Source: Octopus sinensis (Eukaryota). Taken from it: DNA of 64,000 nucleotides. The notes beneath the pieces were generated by a model. The model searched no databases and was not told where the DNA came from. It was given only the letters and a program-made list of their open reading frames with translations. Positions 11,931 to 25,459 of this stretch are shown piece by piece (position 1 is the first letter of the stretch; every line of letters begins with the position of its first letter). The position numbers and the translations under genes were made by a program. The DNA lies in the NCBI RefSeq assembly GCF_006345805.1, contig NC_042998.1, positions 56,234,001 through 56,298,000 of the forward strand, given 5' to 3'.

Positions 11931-12756
11931 AACTTCAGCTCAAAGTGTACATTTGCTTCATTAACCTCGCTCAGATATCCCAGTTCCTCGAAATAAGTAA
12001 ACATTAAAACAATATGGCCACTAATAGTAAAAATGCTATTTGATGGCTCTTTTGAATAACTAAATTATGAATAATAAATTTCGCATAAAGTGGAGAGTTG
12101 TTACCACAATGGAATATTCTTGTAGCCATTGCCATCTAGTCTGCTTTTTACAGATTTGGTGTTATTGCTAAAGAGAGTGATAATGGCAACTAGTGTCGTA
12201 TTGATTTCCGACGAAAGATACTGAATGTGCTTCTGATGATGATGATGATGATGAGGTGTACTGATATCTTTGCGATGATGACGACTACTATCTAAAGCAT
12301 GGCGTTCTGATGAAATTCACTATTACAGCATGCGAAATGTGTATTGCGAGCAATTTTATGAATTAGAGCCAAGGGATTAAATTGAAAAATACTTTCTCTT
12401 TATTTTTTATCGTCAATCCATTTAAAGTTTTATTCGCCATCATTTAGCAACAGTAGCTACTCCATTATTAGAAATTTGTTATATACCATTTAAGAATTTT
12501 CCCTATGGCTTAAATTGTAAATTTTCATTTAACAAATGATGTAAGAGCTACACTTTACCCAATTCTAGTTCGTTTGTGTTTCTGTTTCTGTGACGAGCCA
12601 TTTAAATATTTGATACAAGTCGAAGTATAGAAGAGTTTTGAAGCACTGCTGCTAGGTATGTGCACCGCAAGGTACACGTGCGTACAATAGTACTAAACGG
12701 TACTTCTCGGTGCAACAGTGCGCTGTAGATTTTAACAAAATATAATTTTAGGTTAT

Positions 12757-13135
12757 TATATACGGTCCACACTGTTATATGGTGAAGAAATATGGGCACT
12801 GACGAAGACTCTAACAGATTAGAAGCTTTTGAAATGTGGACATATGGAAGAATGTTAAGAATGTCTCGGACAAAACAAGACTAATGAAGAAGTGTTACAA
12901 CTAGCAAATGCAAAAACGATCATTACTCTCAATTATTTACAAAAAAGGATGCTAAAGTACTAGAAGGAAAAATAAATGGCAAAAACTCGAGAGGAAGACC
13001 TAAAATAAACTGGTTTGATAACTTCAAGGACTGGACAAATTATCATATGGTGAATGTGTAAGAATAGTAAAAAAAAATGGACCCTAATGGAGATCTATGA
13101 TGTTCAATCTGGTGAAAGTAGACGACACCTAATGA
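12757..13135 (+). mobile_element. RTE-clade LINE 3' fragment
   Basis: STLLYG..W..RLEAFEMW, TNEEVL and LEGKINGK..RGRP..WFDN motifs with frameshifts. Confidence 0.8.
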
Positions 13136-13267
13136 TGATGACAATCAGGCTTTAGAAGTCTTTCTAATGCTTGAGTGTCTTGTAAAACGTTTTAGTTTAT
13201 TTATAATTTTGTTATATACAAATATGATTAATAAAAACAAGGTAAGCAATCATTTTATGTACTTATA

Positions 13268-13624
13268 CAAGTATTCCGCGTATTGAAAAATACTGAATGG
13301 AAAATTTGTATAGCACGACAGTTGAGTTTCAAGCACAGAAGAATATGTGATTGTCTATCTGACAAATTACAAGTTTTCTTTACGTTAATGAAGCGTCACG
13401 TTCCTGAAAATTTTACCGTAACACGGTGTTCTGTAACGCGATAGGTATTTTTTCTATGCTCCATGTTCATTCCATGTTTATTCGACGTTCATTTCGTGCT
13501 CATTTTTCCATATACATTCACATTCTAACATAGAAACCAATGGGTAAGTAGTTTTCGCAATAATATTGCCACGATACAACAACATTATTAAAACTATAAT
13601 GCTTCCATAAAGCGGGAATACCTG
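13268..13624. mobile_element. Old Tigger/pogo-like MITE
   Basis: TA|caagtattccgcg ... gcgggaatacctg ends are imperfect inverted repeats. Confidence 0.5.
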
Positions 13625-14448
13625 CATTACAAAATATAGATATGTTAATTGAATTGAATTACTCTTTTAGCCTTAAGGATTATGTTGTGTGTGTTTTTTT
13701 TTTGTATATTGGTTTTAGCGACTTCATCAGTAGCCGCCTCAAATTTGAATGGAGGCGATATTTCATCGACAGACAAGGTGTTCCCATTCTTAACATTGGA
13801 GCTACCATTTATTCATTAATATAGACAACATTATTGGTAATTCTGCTGTTCCTCTTCTGCTACTCACTCAACCATACTCATACATCGCATACCATGTGTT
13901 GGATCATTTATCAGAATGTTTAAAACCTTTCCTACCGCGAATCAAATTTCAATAGAAGTTTCATTAAGCACTTGCAAAAGAAAAAGAAGTAATGTATACG
14001 GTGAATATCTCCTAACTCACGCAACAATTACATACTTAGTCCACATTTAGTTATCATACTTGAACTTACAAATAATAGAATTGTCTTTGAAGTTTAATAA
14101 GGAAGAGTGTTACAGTGTTCAAGGATCTACTTACTCGTATATCAAAGTCTTTAAGGAAATCTATTGCTCAATGAGAAGTATAGCTACGCACTTAACCGTA
14201 TGATCAGCCAATGGTGGCAAGTATTTGTAATTTATTCAAGAAATGATAGCTATCGGCTTAAAAGGCTGTCTCAGAATAAATAAATAACTAAAATGTGTGG
14301 GTGGTTCAGTAGTTAAGATGTTTACCAAGTGTTTCTGACCTAGAGGTACAGATGCGATCTGAAACTTTTCATTGTTCTTAATTTGTACGTTTGATTATGC
14401 TTACATACATGCATGCATGCTGCATGCCTACATACATACATACATACA

Positions 14449-14484
<36 letters not shown>

Positions 14485-14502
14485 TATGCATACATATATA
14501 TT

Positions 14503-14585
<83 letters not shown>

Positions 14586-14588
<3 letters not shown>

Positions 14589-15815
14589 GGTGTCCTAAAA
14601 TTAAGGCAACCAACTTTCTTCAATTTTGCCAAAGCAAAATATAGTTATATTTTGGGTCCGAGCGTCGAAATGCAATGGTAAAAGAAACACAATTATGACA
14701 CTACCACTTTTATTCAATATGACCACCTCTGTTTCGAATCACACCCTTAAGTCTAGGTGCGAATGCTTCACATGCAGCACGCAGCTGTTCTTGCGAAATT
14801 GAAGCCCATTCCTGGCGCAGTTTTACCTTGAAAGCGTCGAGCAAAGCATGATGAGTGCTCAAAATCTTCGTCTCCAAAATGAACCAAACTGAAAAATTCA
14901 TGACCGACAGAATGTTTTTCTGAGTCCACTGTTATGTCTGTTCAGAGCTGTGGGATGGTGCCGAGTCCTGATGGAGGCTCCAAGGTGCGTCTTGAAAGTG
15001 CTCATTCGCCCAGTTCAACTTCCAGAATGTCACTAATGTATTGCTGGGAGTGAATTTTAACATTCGAGGGCGCAAAAACGAGCGGAGACTTTTAGAGGCT
15101 GCTACAGCCGTCCAAACCATAAATGTCTGCGGATTTTGATGCTGATTTATGTGTCAACTCCTGAAAGGGCCAGATACATTCCAAAGTCGGTCATTCTGGT
15201 GGTTTACTGTCTGTTCGATGTCACATTTCTTTTTATCAGTGAACACCGGGTTGGGCAGCGTGCCTTCAGCAATCCGACGCAGGATAAGACGACTTCTATC
15301 CAGTCTCAAGGCCTTATAAACTTGCGTGAACTCACGACGGCCGATAATCTTGTAGGGGTGGGTCCTGAGATCCTACTTCAGCACTTGATACATCGATTTT
15401 CGACTTGTTTTTGCTGTGGTAGCCAGTTTTCTGACAGAACGTCGAAGATTTCGCCATATCTTTTCTCAGGTACTTTTGCTAAGCTAAGGGGTCCACACAC
15501 TTCTTTTTCGGCCATGTCCAGGTCGATCAGCGGTGGAACCAGTCTCTTGAAGTTTCTTGACAATTTTCCAGACTGTTGTTCGGTTAATTTTAAGCGTTTT
15601 TACTATGACTGTATTACTTTCGCCCTCTTTGTGGAGGGCTATGATTGTATTTTGGTCTAAAACAATTATCTAATTTATAAATCTAAATTCATTTAGTCTG
15701 AAACAAAACAGACACACTAAGCTTTTATAATGATGTATAATTTTCATATCTTATCACACTTATAGGTAGTTATTAAAGCCAGAAACTTCGGTTGCCTTAA
15801 TTTCGGGACAGCCTG
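14586..15815 (-). mobile_element. Tc1/mariner element, maT (DD37D)-like, inactivated
   Basis: TIRs CAGGGTGTCCTAAAATTAAGGCAACC / rc CAGGCTGTCCCGAAATTAAGGCAACC, TA TSD; HFQDAPWSLHQDSAPSH, FSVW.ILE and FAPRLKGVIRNRGGHIE motifs; SPDLNP region lost so the D spacing cannot be counted. Confidence 0.85.
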
Positions 15816-15940
15816 TATGTATAAGAATGAATATATATGCACACACACATACATACATACATACATACATACATACATACATACATACATACATACATGC
15901 ATATGTGCGTGTATATATATATATATATATATATATACTA

Positions 15941-17296
15941 GTGACCACATGGAAGCACAATTCACTATAGCTAGGACAAAATTTAGATTTTAGAACTATA
16001 CGCTAAGAGACAGAATAGGAAAGAGGCCCAACAACTCGGGAATATACCCGCGAGTGGCCTACGTAAGCTCATGCAGCGCACGAGGAACGGAGAGGTGGTA
16101 TCCCCACAGATAAATCCAGCAGGATGTCAATAGATAACTTGCCGAACTACACCCAGGCAATGCAACCCCACATTGCCAATATGAAAGTAGCAACTTTACA
16201 GGCGCATGAAAAGAGAGAAAAGGTCCTCAACGCCCACATGATGATGTGGACAATTGTTCTTGGACCTCAGAAACGCACGTCCAACAATTTCCAAGCCTGG
16301 AACAACGATATCCCGACGCTGTATGGACTCCGCAAGGACCACAAAATAACCACTGATCCAGTGGCTTGACCACCAACAAAACCAGTCTGTGGATAGAATA
16401 TCGCTAGCAACTACAGGATCTCCTACTTCCTCTCAATGATCATAAGCCCCATAATCCAGATGTCACCTGATGTTTGTGACAGCACAGAAGATCTCCGCAG
16501 CAGGATCAACGATTGTAACAACACCTGCGATCTGTATAGTGGGTAGCATGGATGAACAGGGAGAGTGAAGTGGAGTTCCGCATTGTCAACACAGAGGAAC
16601 AGGGTCTCCTACTTGAACCGACATATGACAATGAATATCTAGACAAACATGACCTTAAAAGTTTATGCCCCATTAGACATTTAAGAGGTAGACCACCCAC
16701 AATTCCACAATTACATCTATGGCTAGGAAGACCTCTATAGAGAGATGGAGCGGGTGGACCAGAGCCATACAGACCCCTGAAAACGAATATCAAGTAAAGA
16801 AAACGATTGCACATGCACTAGAAGCTAGTATAAGAGTTATCCTAAAAGGCCACATTTAAATTTAACAACAAAATATACGCCCAGGATGAGGGGGAAGCCA
16901 TCGGGGTTGGTATCGCCAGTAATGTGGTCAACCTTTTCATGGTATGGTGGGACAGAAGGCTTAAAGAACGCCTGACAAAGAACTCCATACTCATGAACAT
17001 GTACTCTTGCTATGTCGATGATGTCAACATAGTAGTAAAGGCACCCCAACAAGCGAGTACTCTTGAAATAGGAATAGAAAGTAACACTATGGAGAGCATC
17101 CAGCAAATACTCCATCCACCAGAGTATTAAGGTCACGATAGACTACCCTACGAAACATCCTAACCATAGACTACCAGTACTAGATACAGAACTCTGGTTG
17201 GAAACTGTGAATAATAAAACCCAAATCCTTCATTCACACTATGCCAAACCTATGGCCTCCAAATACCTGATCAACCGGAACTCAGCTATCGCAGAC
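15941..17296 (+). mobile_element. Penelope-like element RT fragment, type 1
   Basis: TDKS, PTLYGLRKDHK, IVGSMD, GEAIGVG...LFMVWWD, YVDD, RLPVLD and HYAKPMAS motifs with frameshifts. Confidence 0.85.
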
Positions 17297-17355
17297 CTAA
17301 CCACTGGGGCATTGCACCTTCTCTCTCTTACCCCTCTCTCTCTCCCCTCCTCCCG

Positions 17356-17379
<24 letters not shown>

Positions 17380-17416
<37 letters not shown>

Positions 17417-18044
17417 TTGACATGGGCGATTCTTTCTTGTCTTGGGATTCACGGTCAAACGGCTGGGTGGAATTGCACGAACAATAACTCAGATATGTAG
17501 AATGATCCGGTGGTGATGCCGGGCTTTGTATTTTTTCATAGCTCCCATGGTTACCGAGATAATCTACTATAATAATACTTTTGTGTTTATGAATGAGAAA
17601 GGAAGGGGTGATAGGTGAATGAGAAGGAAGGGGTGATGTCATACTTGGTAGTGGGATGATGAAAATTATTGGCTGAAAAAATAAATCAAACAGCGTTTCA
17701 ACTCTGTGTGAATATATGTGTGAGTATGTAAAAGGGGGTGTGTTAATGTGTGTGTGTGCGTGCGTGTGTATGTGTGTATGTTTGTGTATGTGTGTGTGCG
17801 TGTGCACGCGCAGTGGAAGTGGAATGGTTCATCTTTGTTCGCTTAGTATTTGGGTTTTTTGATTTGGTTAAATTTTAGCTGTTTGCTTTTGTTGGTCAGT
17901 TGCTTTTAGCGTTTTGACAGAAAAAATCATTCTAAAATTGTTTTTTTAACGTAAGCGTGCCCAAAGAAGTCGAATGCTTACATAGAGCAGGTTTAACAGC
18001 CACATCATCCAAACCGACCGGGTGAAACCGGGCTTAGCTGCTAG
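17380..18044 (+). mobile_element. Probable non-autonomous Helitron
   Basis: 3' hairpin CCGG-GTGAAA-CCGG (18018-18031) then CTAG|T at 18041-18045; 5' TC within (CT)n(TA)n is uncertain. Confidence 0.5.
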
Positions 18045-18076
<32 letters not shown>

Positions 18077-18141
18077 ATTATTTGGTAAACGGTGCCGTAT
18101 TTTACACTTATGTAAATAATAATAATAATAATATTTATAAG

Positions 18142-18319
18142 CTTAAAGCTTATAAGCGATCACCGTGCATTGACTAAGGTAAATATTCGCGAATACATAG
18201 AGCTGTGGGTTCGAGTCCATGCGTAAAGCAAGCCCTACTTTTTTCTGTCAGGGCTTATGTGCTCCAATATTAGACCAATAACCTTAGTCATTGCTCGGTG
18301 ATCGCTTATAATCTTTAAG
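18142..18319. mobile_element. MITE-like element with ~39-bp TIRs and an internal B-box-like motif
   Basis: cttaaagcttataagcgatcaccgtgcattgactaaggt / accttagtcattgctcggtgatcgcttataatctttaag; internal gggttcgagtcc. Confidence 0.7.
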
Positions 18320-18587
18320 GTTAAAATACTGTCACACACATACACACACACACGCACGCACGCACGCACGCATGCACATATATATACCTATGTTCGTTCA
18401 TACGTACGCGTGTGGTGCGTGCATTTTAGGATATGTTCACAGGCTGGTGCGTTTCGGACAATATACGCACATGATACCATATACCCACATCTTTCACTAA
18501 ATGTGTATACCAGGGTTGTCTGTAATTTTCAATGGATGGAACAAGGAAACTCAGCGTAGATTTGGTTAGGCACAGGTATCTTACTTT

Positions 18588-18820
18588 AAGGCGGCGAGCT
18601 GGCAGAAACGTTAGCACGCCGAGCGAAATGCTTAGCGGTATTTCGTCTGCCGTTACGTTGTGAGTTCAAATTCCTCCGAGGTCGACTTTGCCTTTCATCC
18701 TTTCGGGGTCGATAAAACTAAGTACCAGTTACGCACTGGGGTCGATGTAATCGACTTAATACCTATGACTGTCCGTGTTTGTCCCCTCTGTGTTTAGCCC
18801 CTTGTGAGTAATAAAGAAAT
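18588..18820 (+). mobile_element. SINE family A, full length
   Basis: 14-bp TSD aggtatcttacttt at 18574-18587 and 18821-18834. Confidence 0.9.
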
Positions 18821-19389
18821 AGGTATCTTACTTTCTTCTTTTTGTGTAAGTACGTTAGAGATTGTGACAAGACGGGACCCGTTTTGTGAATAAAGTGTTT
18901 CCCTGGTTTAGGTCTTTCGGTAAAATGTTCCATATTTTGGTTCATCTTATTCGTAACAATACTTGCAAAACGATGGTGTTTTGTTATTATACTTCACCAC
19001 ATTTTCGTTCAACGAACTATGTTACTGTGTGGTTGTTGTCAAACGTCTTGAATGCTAAATGGTTTCTTTTAGTGGAAATGTCATTATCTAAAAAAAAAAC
19101 ATTCTGCCATTTATTTGTTTGTGTGTTTATTAATAGTTTTTTGGCATTTTTCTTTGATAGCTGTTTGGCATTGTTCAATGTAATTTCTCTTGAGGGCGAA
19201 ATCTGCATAAGAAGAAGCCATAATTTGATGTTAAAATAAATAGATGGAAATATTTAAAAAGAAAAAGAACGTTATCTAACCCGGGTACAAGCAAGGGACA
19301 TTTCAAATGTTCAGTAGTAGTTCGTGTGTCAAAATATAACCAAAATGAAAATTTATTCGTTCAGTCGCGCTAAAAAATATGGAGAATTC

Positions 19390-19860
19390 TCTGGATGCAG
19401 TAGACTGGTATCAACAGAATACTTGCAAAGGCATGACAATGCAGCTCAGTACATATACTAGTCAATATATTGTACACAGAGCTCCCCTTACAAAAACAAT
19501 TGGTAGGAACACACGCCACAAGTTGCCCGAAATGTCTGAGTTATCTACCTTTGGAATTTCAGTGTTCATACTGATCGCGAATCTTATGCAAACCAACCTG
19601 ATGACATTATGAAAATCACATTGAAAAGATTGATGGTGCTGTCCCAGCTGATAAAAATACATCTCTGAAAACGTTTGAAAAAGTGAAGAATGAAATAAAA
19701 AGAATGCTACATTTCAAAATAACATTTCATATTTTTATTGGGGCACTTGAAATGATATCAAAAGGATCAAACAAATTTGTAGACCAATTTCCGGGTAGCC
19801 CCGAAATAATGAATTACAAAAGATCAAACTTATGGGTACCTCACATACTTGATGTAAATT
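19390..19860 (+). mobile_element. Old R4-like (RLE) LINE 3' fragment
   Basis: CSRLVSTEYLQRHDNAAQYI, HTDRE..ANQPD and IGALE motifs. Confidence 0.6.
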
Positions 19861-19934
19861 CCTCTCCATGTAAATGCAACCTTACTCACTCTGCGTTTTT
19901 TCTCTCTCAGACATCAGTGTTTTCAATTGCATGA

Positions 19935-20050
19935 AACCTCATGTGTCTGTGGAGTGTTCAGCCACTTACACGTTAATTTCACGAGCAGGCTGTTCCGTTG
20001 ATCGGATCAACCGGAACCCTCGTCGTTGTAACCGACGGGAGTGCTTCCAT
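19935..20050 (+). mobile_element. 3' tail of SINE family B
   Basis: Matches the tail of the copies at 28283 and 40464 (tgtctgtggagtg...gtgcttcca). Confidence 0.85.
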
Positions 20051-20174
20051 GACACCTCATCTGTTAGCATCCTTAGATGCAAAAACTTTGTTGTCCCTTG
20101 ACGTCTCCAGTTGCGACTTGAGTGCGACTCGTATAGATTAAAGCAAAACAAAAGCACAATAATAATAATAATAA

Positions 20175-20205
<31 letters not shown>

Positions 20206-20329
20206 AAGAAGAAGAACAACAACAACAACAACAACAATAATAATAATTGCAACAACAACAACAGCAAAAATTATAATTAAGAGAAAAATACAAACATAGA
20301 CAAAGGAAAGTAAATAAAAATTGGCAGTA

Positions 20330-20995
20330 GAAGAGAAAATCCCAACACTGCTTGAGAAGTGCTGGACTCACAGCAGAGACTGAAGGTTTCTTCAGTGCGG
20401 CACACATCAAAAGCCTTCGCACACAAACCCACCAAAATATAATTGAGCAGAACACAGTAACTATGGAATATTTGGAAATGGGAAAGAGACAAATACATTA
20501 TCTCTGGTTACCCAGTCTTGATCAATAAAGAATACATCCCTAAACATGACAGTGTTGGTACTCACAGACACTGGAAATTGCACCAGCATTATTAGACACG
20601 AACAGAAAAAAGATACAGCAGATAAAGTCTCCAAGAATGACAAAGCAACTATATTCTGGGGTATGCTAATTCACATAAGCAAAGAGATCAAAGCTAACCG
20701 ACCACATATTGTTGTGAAAGAATACCAGAATCAGAAATGTCTCCTAATCGATATATCAATATCAACAGATGAGAATATATCCCTAAAAGAGATGGAGAAA
20801 TTATTTAAACATATAGAGATTTGGAGATAGAGATAACTAAAGTGTGAAGCCTAAAAAGAGAAGCAATAGTAGGCGCTTTGGAAATTATCAAAATTCATGC
20901 ATAACTAAAAACCCAGAAGTTACAAATACGCATAAAATACAGAAAATAGCACTGGCGGACACCATAGACGTATTATATAAGATACTTTCAATATT
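20330..20995 (+). mobile_element. Older Dong/R4-like LINE 3' fragment preceded by (TAA)n(GAA)n(CAA)n
   Basis: LRSAGLTAETEGF, KATIFWGM, EIKANRPHIV and LLIDISISTDENISLKEMEKL; homologous to 53640-54330. Confidence 0.8.
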
Positions 20996-21006
20996 GTAAA
21001 AATAAC

Positions 21007-21440
21007 AGGCGCGGGAGTGGCTGTATGGTAAGTAGCTTGCTAACCAGCCACATGGTTCCGGATTCAGTCCCACCTCGTGGCATCTTGGGCAAGTGTCTTC
21101 TGCTATAGCCCCGGGCCGACCAATGCCTTGTGAGTGGATTTGGTAGACGGAAACTGAAAGAAGCCTGTCGTATGTATGTATGTATGTATGTATGTATGTA
21201 TGTATGTATGTATGTATGTATGTATGTATGTTTGTGTGTCTGTGTTTGTCCCCCTAGCATTGCTTGACAACCGATGCTGGTGTGTTTACGTCCCCGTCAC
21301 TTAGCGGTTCGGCAAAAGAGACCGACAGAATAAGTACTGGGCTTACAAAAAGAATAAGTCCCGGGGTCGATTTGCACGACTAAAGGCGGTGCTCCAGCAT
21401 GGCCACAGTCAAATGACTGAAACAAGTAAAAGAGTAAAAA
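21007..21440 (+). mobile_element. tRNA-derived SINE family C, full length with internal (TATG)n
   Basis: Head tggctgtatggtaag...ggttccggattcagtccc; tail gcttgacaaccgatgctgg...actgaaacaagtaaaagag. Confidence 0.85.
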
Positions 21441-21739
21441 TAATAGTACCAAACCAGAACACTGCACATACCCAAGGCACCCACAGCTGTGCTAGGTAGT
21501 GCAGTGAATGCATACAATAAAAATAAGTTGATGATGATAATAATGATAATAATAATAATGATGATGATTTCAAATTTTGGCACGAGTCGATTACAACAAC
21601 CCAAGTGCTCAACTTGTATTTATCTTATTGATTTTGTTGACCCCGAAAAGAATGAATGACAAAATCAACATTGGCAGAATTTGGACTCATAACGTAGCGC
21701 ATTTTATATGACGTGCTAACGATTCTGCCAGCTCTTCAC

Positions 21740-21808
<69 letters not shown>

Positions 21809-21817
21809 TAATAATAA

Positions 21818-22074
21818 CCAGAATGTGGAATCTAAAAACAGAAACAATTCCTATCATAGTAGGTGCATTAGGCATGATAAAAAAAATATTCAGACAAATA
21901 CATAACAAAAACACCAGGACTTACAAACACATATAACATACAGAAAATTGCACTACTAGGCACTGCACACATCCTACGCAGAACACTTTCCATACAATAA
22001 CCATCAGCACATACCTAAGGCACACAGAGCTGCGCTCGGTAGTGAAGTGAAAGCACGCTATAAAAATAAAACTA

Positions 22075-22077
<3 letters not shown>
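21818..22077 (+). mobile_element. 5'-truncated young Dong/R4-like LINE inserted in (TAA)n
   Basis: Near-identical to 54160-54428; (TAA)n on both flanks. Confidence 0.9.
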
Positions 22078-22135
<58 letters not shown>

Positions 22136-22164
22136 TAATAATAATAATAATAATAATTTGGAGC

Positions 22165-23320
22165 AAGAATTATAAAATGGTAAAAGAGAGAAGTGAAGAA
22201 AATGAATACCAAGACCAGAATAACGTTGACAGTACAAAGAATTTTCCACTCTAAGAGTGACACCGGTAGGCTATATTTCTTCAGAAGAAAGGGTTGGAGA
22301 AGTGTGATCAGTTGTCAGGACTGTATCGAAACAGAGGAAAACAGCTTTGGATGGTATATAAAAAATACCGTGGAGCCACTGTTGAACCACACGAAGAAGG
22401 CCGGCATCATCAAAACTGAAAATTGGGTTACGAAAGAAAAATTTAAACAAGAAATGAACAAAAAAAAAAAGAAAAGAAAAGGTATGGAAGGAAAAATGTA
22501 CGGTCAGTTTGCAGATGTGAACGCCAAGACAGATACAGAGGACCAGTGGCTATGGATGAGGGGGAGTAACCAGGAGATACAGACAGAAGCAGCTCATATG
22601 TGCAGCCTAGGAACAAGCATTAAGGGCCAACTGTATGAAGTGCAGAATAGACAACACTACCGATAGCAACAACTGCAGAATGTGTGGTTAGAGGGGTGAA
22701 ACGGTATGACACATCGCTAGCGAATGCTCGAAATTGGCACAACACGAATACAAAAGACACTATGACATTGTGACAAGAATTGCCCATTGGGAGCTCTGTG
22801 GAAAACATGGCCTACAAAGAGCAAAGACGTGGTATGGGCACACCCCAGAAGGAGTTACCGAAAATGAGAATTGCGAAATCCTGTGGGATGCAATGATCCA
22901 ATGCGATCACCCAACCAGACGTAGGGAACCAGACATTGTCGTGGTGAATAAAATAGAAAGAACATGTATGGTAATCGACATAGTATACCCCGGTTACAAC
23001 ATGATCAACATGAAAGACGAAGAAAAATAAACAACTATGACGATTTGAAGTGGGAAATACGAAGATTGCGATCAATGAAGAGAGTAGCCGTGATACCAAC
23101 AGTAATTGGTGCACTTGGAAGTATCAGCACTCAACTACCAACATGGCTGAAAAAGTTTGGTACAAGTATGAAGGTAGAACACCTAAAAAAAGACAACATT
23201 GCTTGGAACTGCAAGAATGCTTTCCAGGGTTCATGCAGCACGATCAGTAAACATGTGTCACCTTAGTCTGCTGGCTGTGGACAGCTGACACTTTCCATTA
23301 TACCCAGCAAAATAAGCTGT
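22165..23320 (+). mobile_element. R4-like RLE LINE (second family), 3' half
   Basis: FHSKSD..RLY, MYGQF, CRMCG, HWELC, ILWDAMIQCDH..PDIVV and IPTVIGALG motifs; (TAA)n at 5' junction. Confidence 0.85.
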
Positions 23321-23342
23321 GAATTTTCATATATTAGTGATA

Positions 23343-23705
23343 ACAAGAGCACTCAGAGAGTGCAAGCCTCCGTGAAGGAAACATCAACATCCTCTCAACG
23401 ATTAGCCAGAGATGATTTTTAAGATGGGAATGTCCGAAATAAACTCAACTGCTCTCATAAACAAGAATACTAAAAATGAACCCGACTGCTCTCAAAAACT
23501 AAGTAAAAAACAGGAAAAATAATCCAGAATCCTTGTCCGGTACCGAATCGATCCCAAAATTTAATCAGTTCATGCCAGTCATAAGGTCAAACATCCCTGA
23601 AAGTTTCATCCGAATCCATCCAGTAGTTCTTAAGATATCTTGTCCATGGACAAACAAACAAACAAACACGACTGAAAACAATACCTCCGCCTTCGCTAAG
23701 GAGGA
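23343..23705 (+). mobile_element. Helentron-associated (HINE/DINE-1-like) non-autonomous element
   Basis: aacaagagcactcagagagtgc start, aaagtttcatccgaatcc core, (ACAA)n, terminal hairpin cctccgccttcgctaaggaggagg; class assigned from architecture. Confidence 0.55.
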
Positions 23706-23900
23706 GGAGATAATAGCTAGACGTACATGGTATGGTCATCGGGTCGAAAGAGTGGTGAAGTTGGAGAAATGCAAAATTTTGTGGGATTTGTTTTTCATCC
23801 AAACGGATAAGAAACTAGAAAATAACATTAATACTCAAGGAAAAACGAAGCTGCTTATTAATTGACCCACCACGACCGTTTGATTTCAGGATTGTGATGA
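23706..23900 (+). mobile_element. Short R4-like LINE fragment
   Basis: WYGHRVERVV..EKCKILWD..IQTDKKLE. Confidence 0.6.
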
Positions 23901-23906
23901 AAAACA

Positions 23907-23951
<45 letters not shown>

Positions 23952-24002
23952 ATATAATCCCTTAAAATCTGAAATTGCGAGTATTTAGAGTATGTAAACT
24001 GT

Positions 24003-24284
24003 AATAAACTCAACTGCTCTCACAAACAAGAATACTAAAAATGAACCCGACCGCTCTCAAAAATTAAGTAAAAATAAAAAAAAGGAAAAATAATCCAGAA
24101 TCCTTGTCCGGTACCGGATCGATCCCAAAATCTTATCAATTCGTGCCAGTCACAAAGCCAAACATCCATGAAAGTTTCATCCGAATCCATCCAGTGGTTC
24201 TTGAGATATCTTGTCCACAGACAAACAAACAAACAAACAAATACGACTGAAAACAATACCCCGCCTTCGCTAAGGAGGAGGTAA
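24003..24284 (+). mobile_element. Second, 5'-truncated copy of the HINE-like element
   Basis: Direct, similar copy of ~23440-23705. Confidence 0.7.
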
Positions 24285-24669
24285 TAAATGAATAACTAAC
24301 AGCTTACAAAATAAATAAATAAATGAGATGAGTACGGGGAAGACGAACTTACTCTGAAGTTTACTTGGTGAAAGTTCTGGCGGTTTTTAACAAGTATATT
24401 TCGTTTCAATATCTTTGATGTAAGTGATCAAAACAGAAATTATGAATACGGCAAATTTTATATGCTTTGAAGAAATTACGCGCAGATTTGTAAATCCCAA
24501 AGAATTTTTCTGATTAAAAGAACATATTTAAGAAACATAAATAAATAAATAAAAAGAAATTCAGACACTATTACTACTACTACTACTGATGATGATGATG
24601 ATGATAATTTTTTTCTGTCACAGACACAATGCTAGCAATTTTGACGAGAGAGAAGCTGATCACCTCGAC

Positions 24670-24825
24670 TACAATACACAACTGGCTGGTACTTATTTTA
24701 TCAATCCCCGAAAGGATGAAAAGTAAAGTCGACCTCGGTGAAATTTGAACTCAAAGCGTAAAAACTGATGAAATGCCGGTGAGCATTTTGTCGGATGTTC
24801 TAACGGTTTTAGGAGCTCGCCACCT
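24670..24825 (-). mobile_element. SINE family A copy
   Basis: Reverse complement of the family A body. Confidence 0.75.
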
Positions 24826-25459
24826 GAGTAATACGGATCATAATCCTTTCTATTGTAGATATCTATAAAAACAAAAAACGAGTGGGACAGATCAGGTACT
24901 GAAGGCGTTAATTTTGACACTTCCGTGAATCGTTGAAACCACACAAGTAGCACACGAAGATTCGTTGGGGATTCTTTGCAGTAGTTTCTTGCTGAAGATG
25001 ACTGGAAGACACTAGTATCAGTCAATTGAAAATGGACTCCAGTACAACATAGGTATCTTTTATTTTATCAATACTCGAAGGTACTGAAGAATCTAACTTC
25101 ACTTAAATAGACGCTACAATTAAAGCGTACATTAACTGGTAGGGAAGACCTTTTTAATATAATGAATTGTAGGAGTTTGTTCTGATCATAATAGAAGTAT
25201 ATGAGTACTGTTGTCGGGGTTCTAAATTAAAGGAATTCTATAGAAATACATATCTTTTTCGGTGACATATCAAAAAGATTGCTGATTAAAGTTGCAAATA
25301 CAGTAGTACAGAAGGAAAATATTTCATTGCTTGCAAGAGATACGGTAGCTTGTCGGGAAGGTAACTTGGTATAACTTAAGAAAGTGTCGGTATCAGCAAT
25401 GAAAATGTTACGATATGAGCATCACGTGATTGTGGTTTCTGTATGCATTACGTTGTTCT

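Noticed and set aside
24988-25043. CTGAAGA-TGACTG...CAGTCA-ATT-GAAA hammerhead-like string
   Set aside because: There are three extra nucleotides before GAAA and no pairing stem III.
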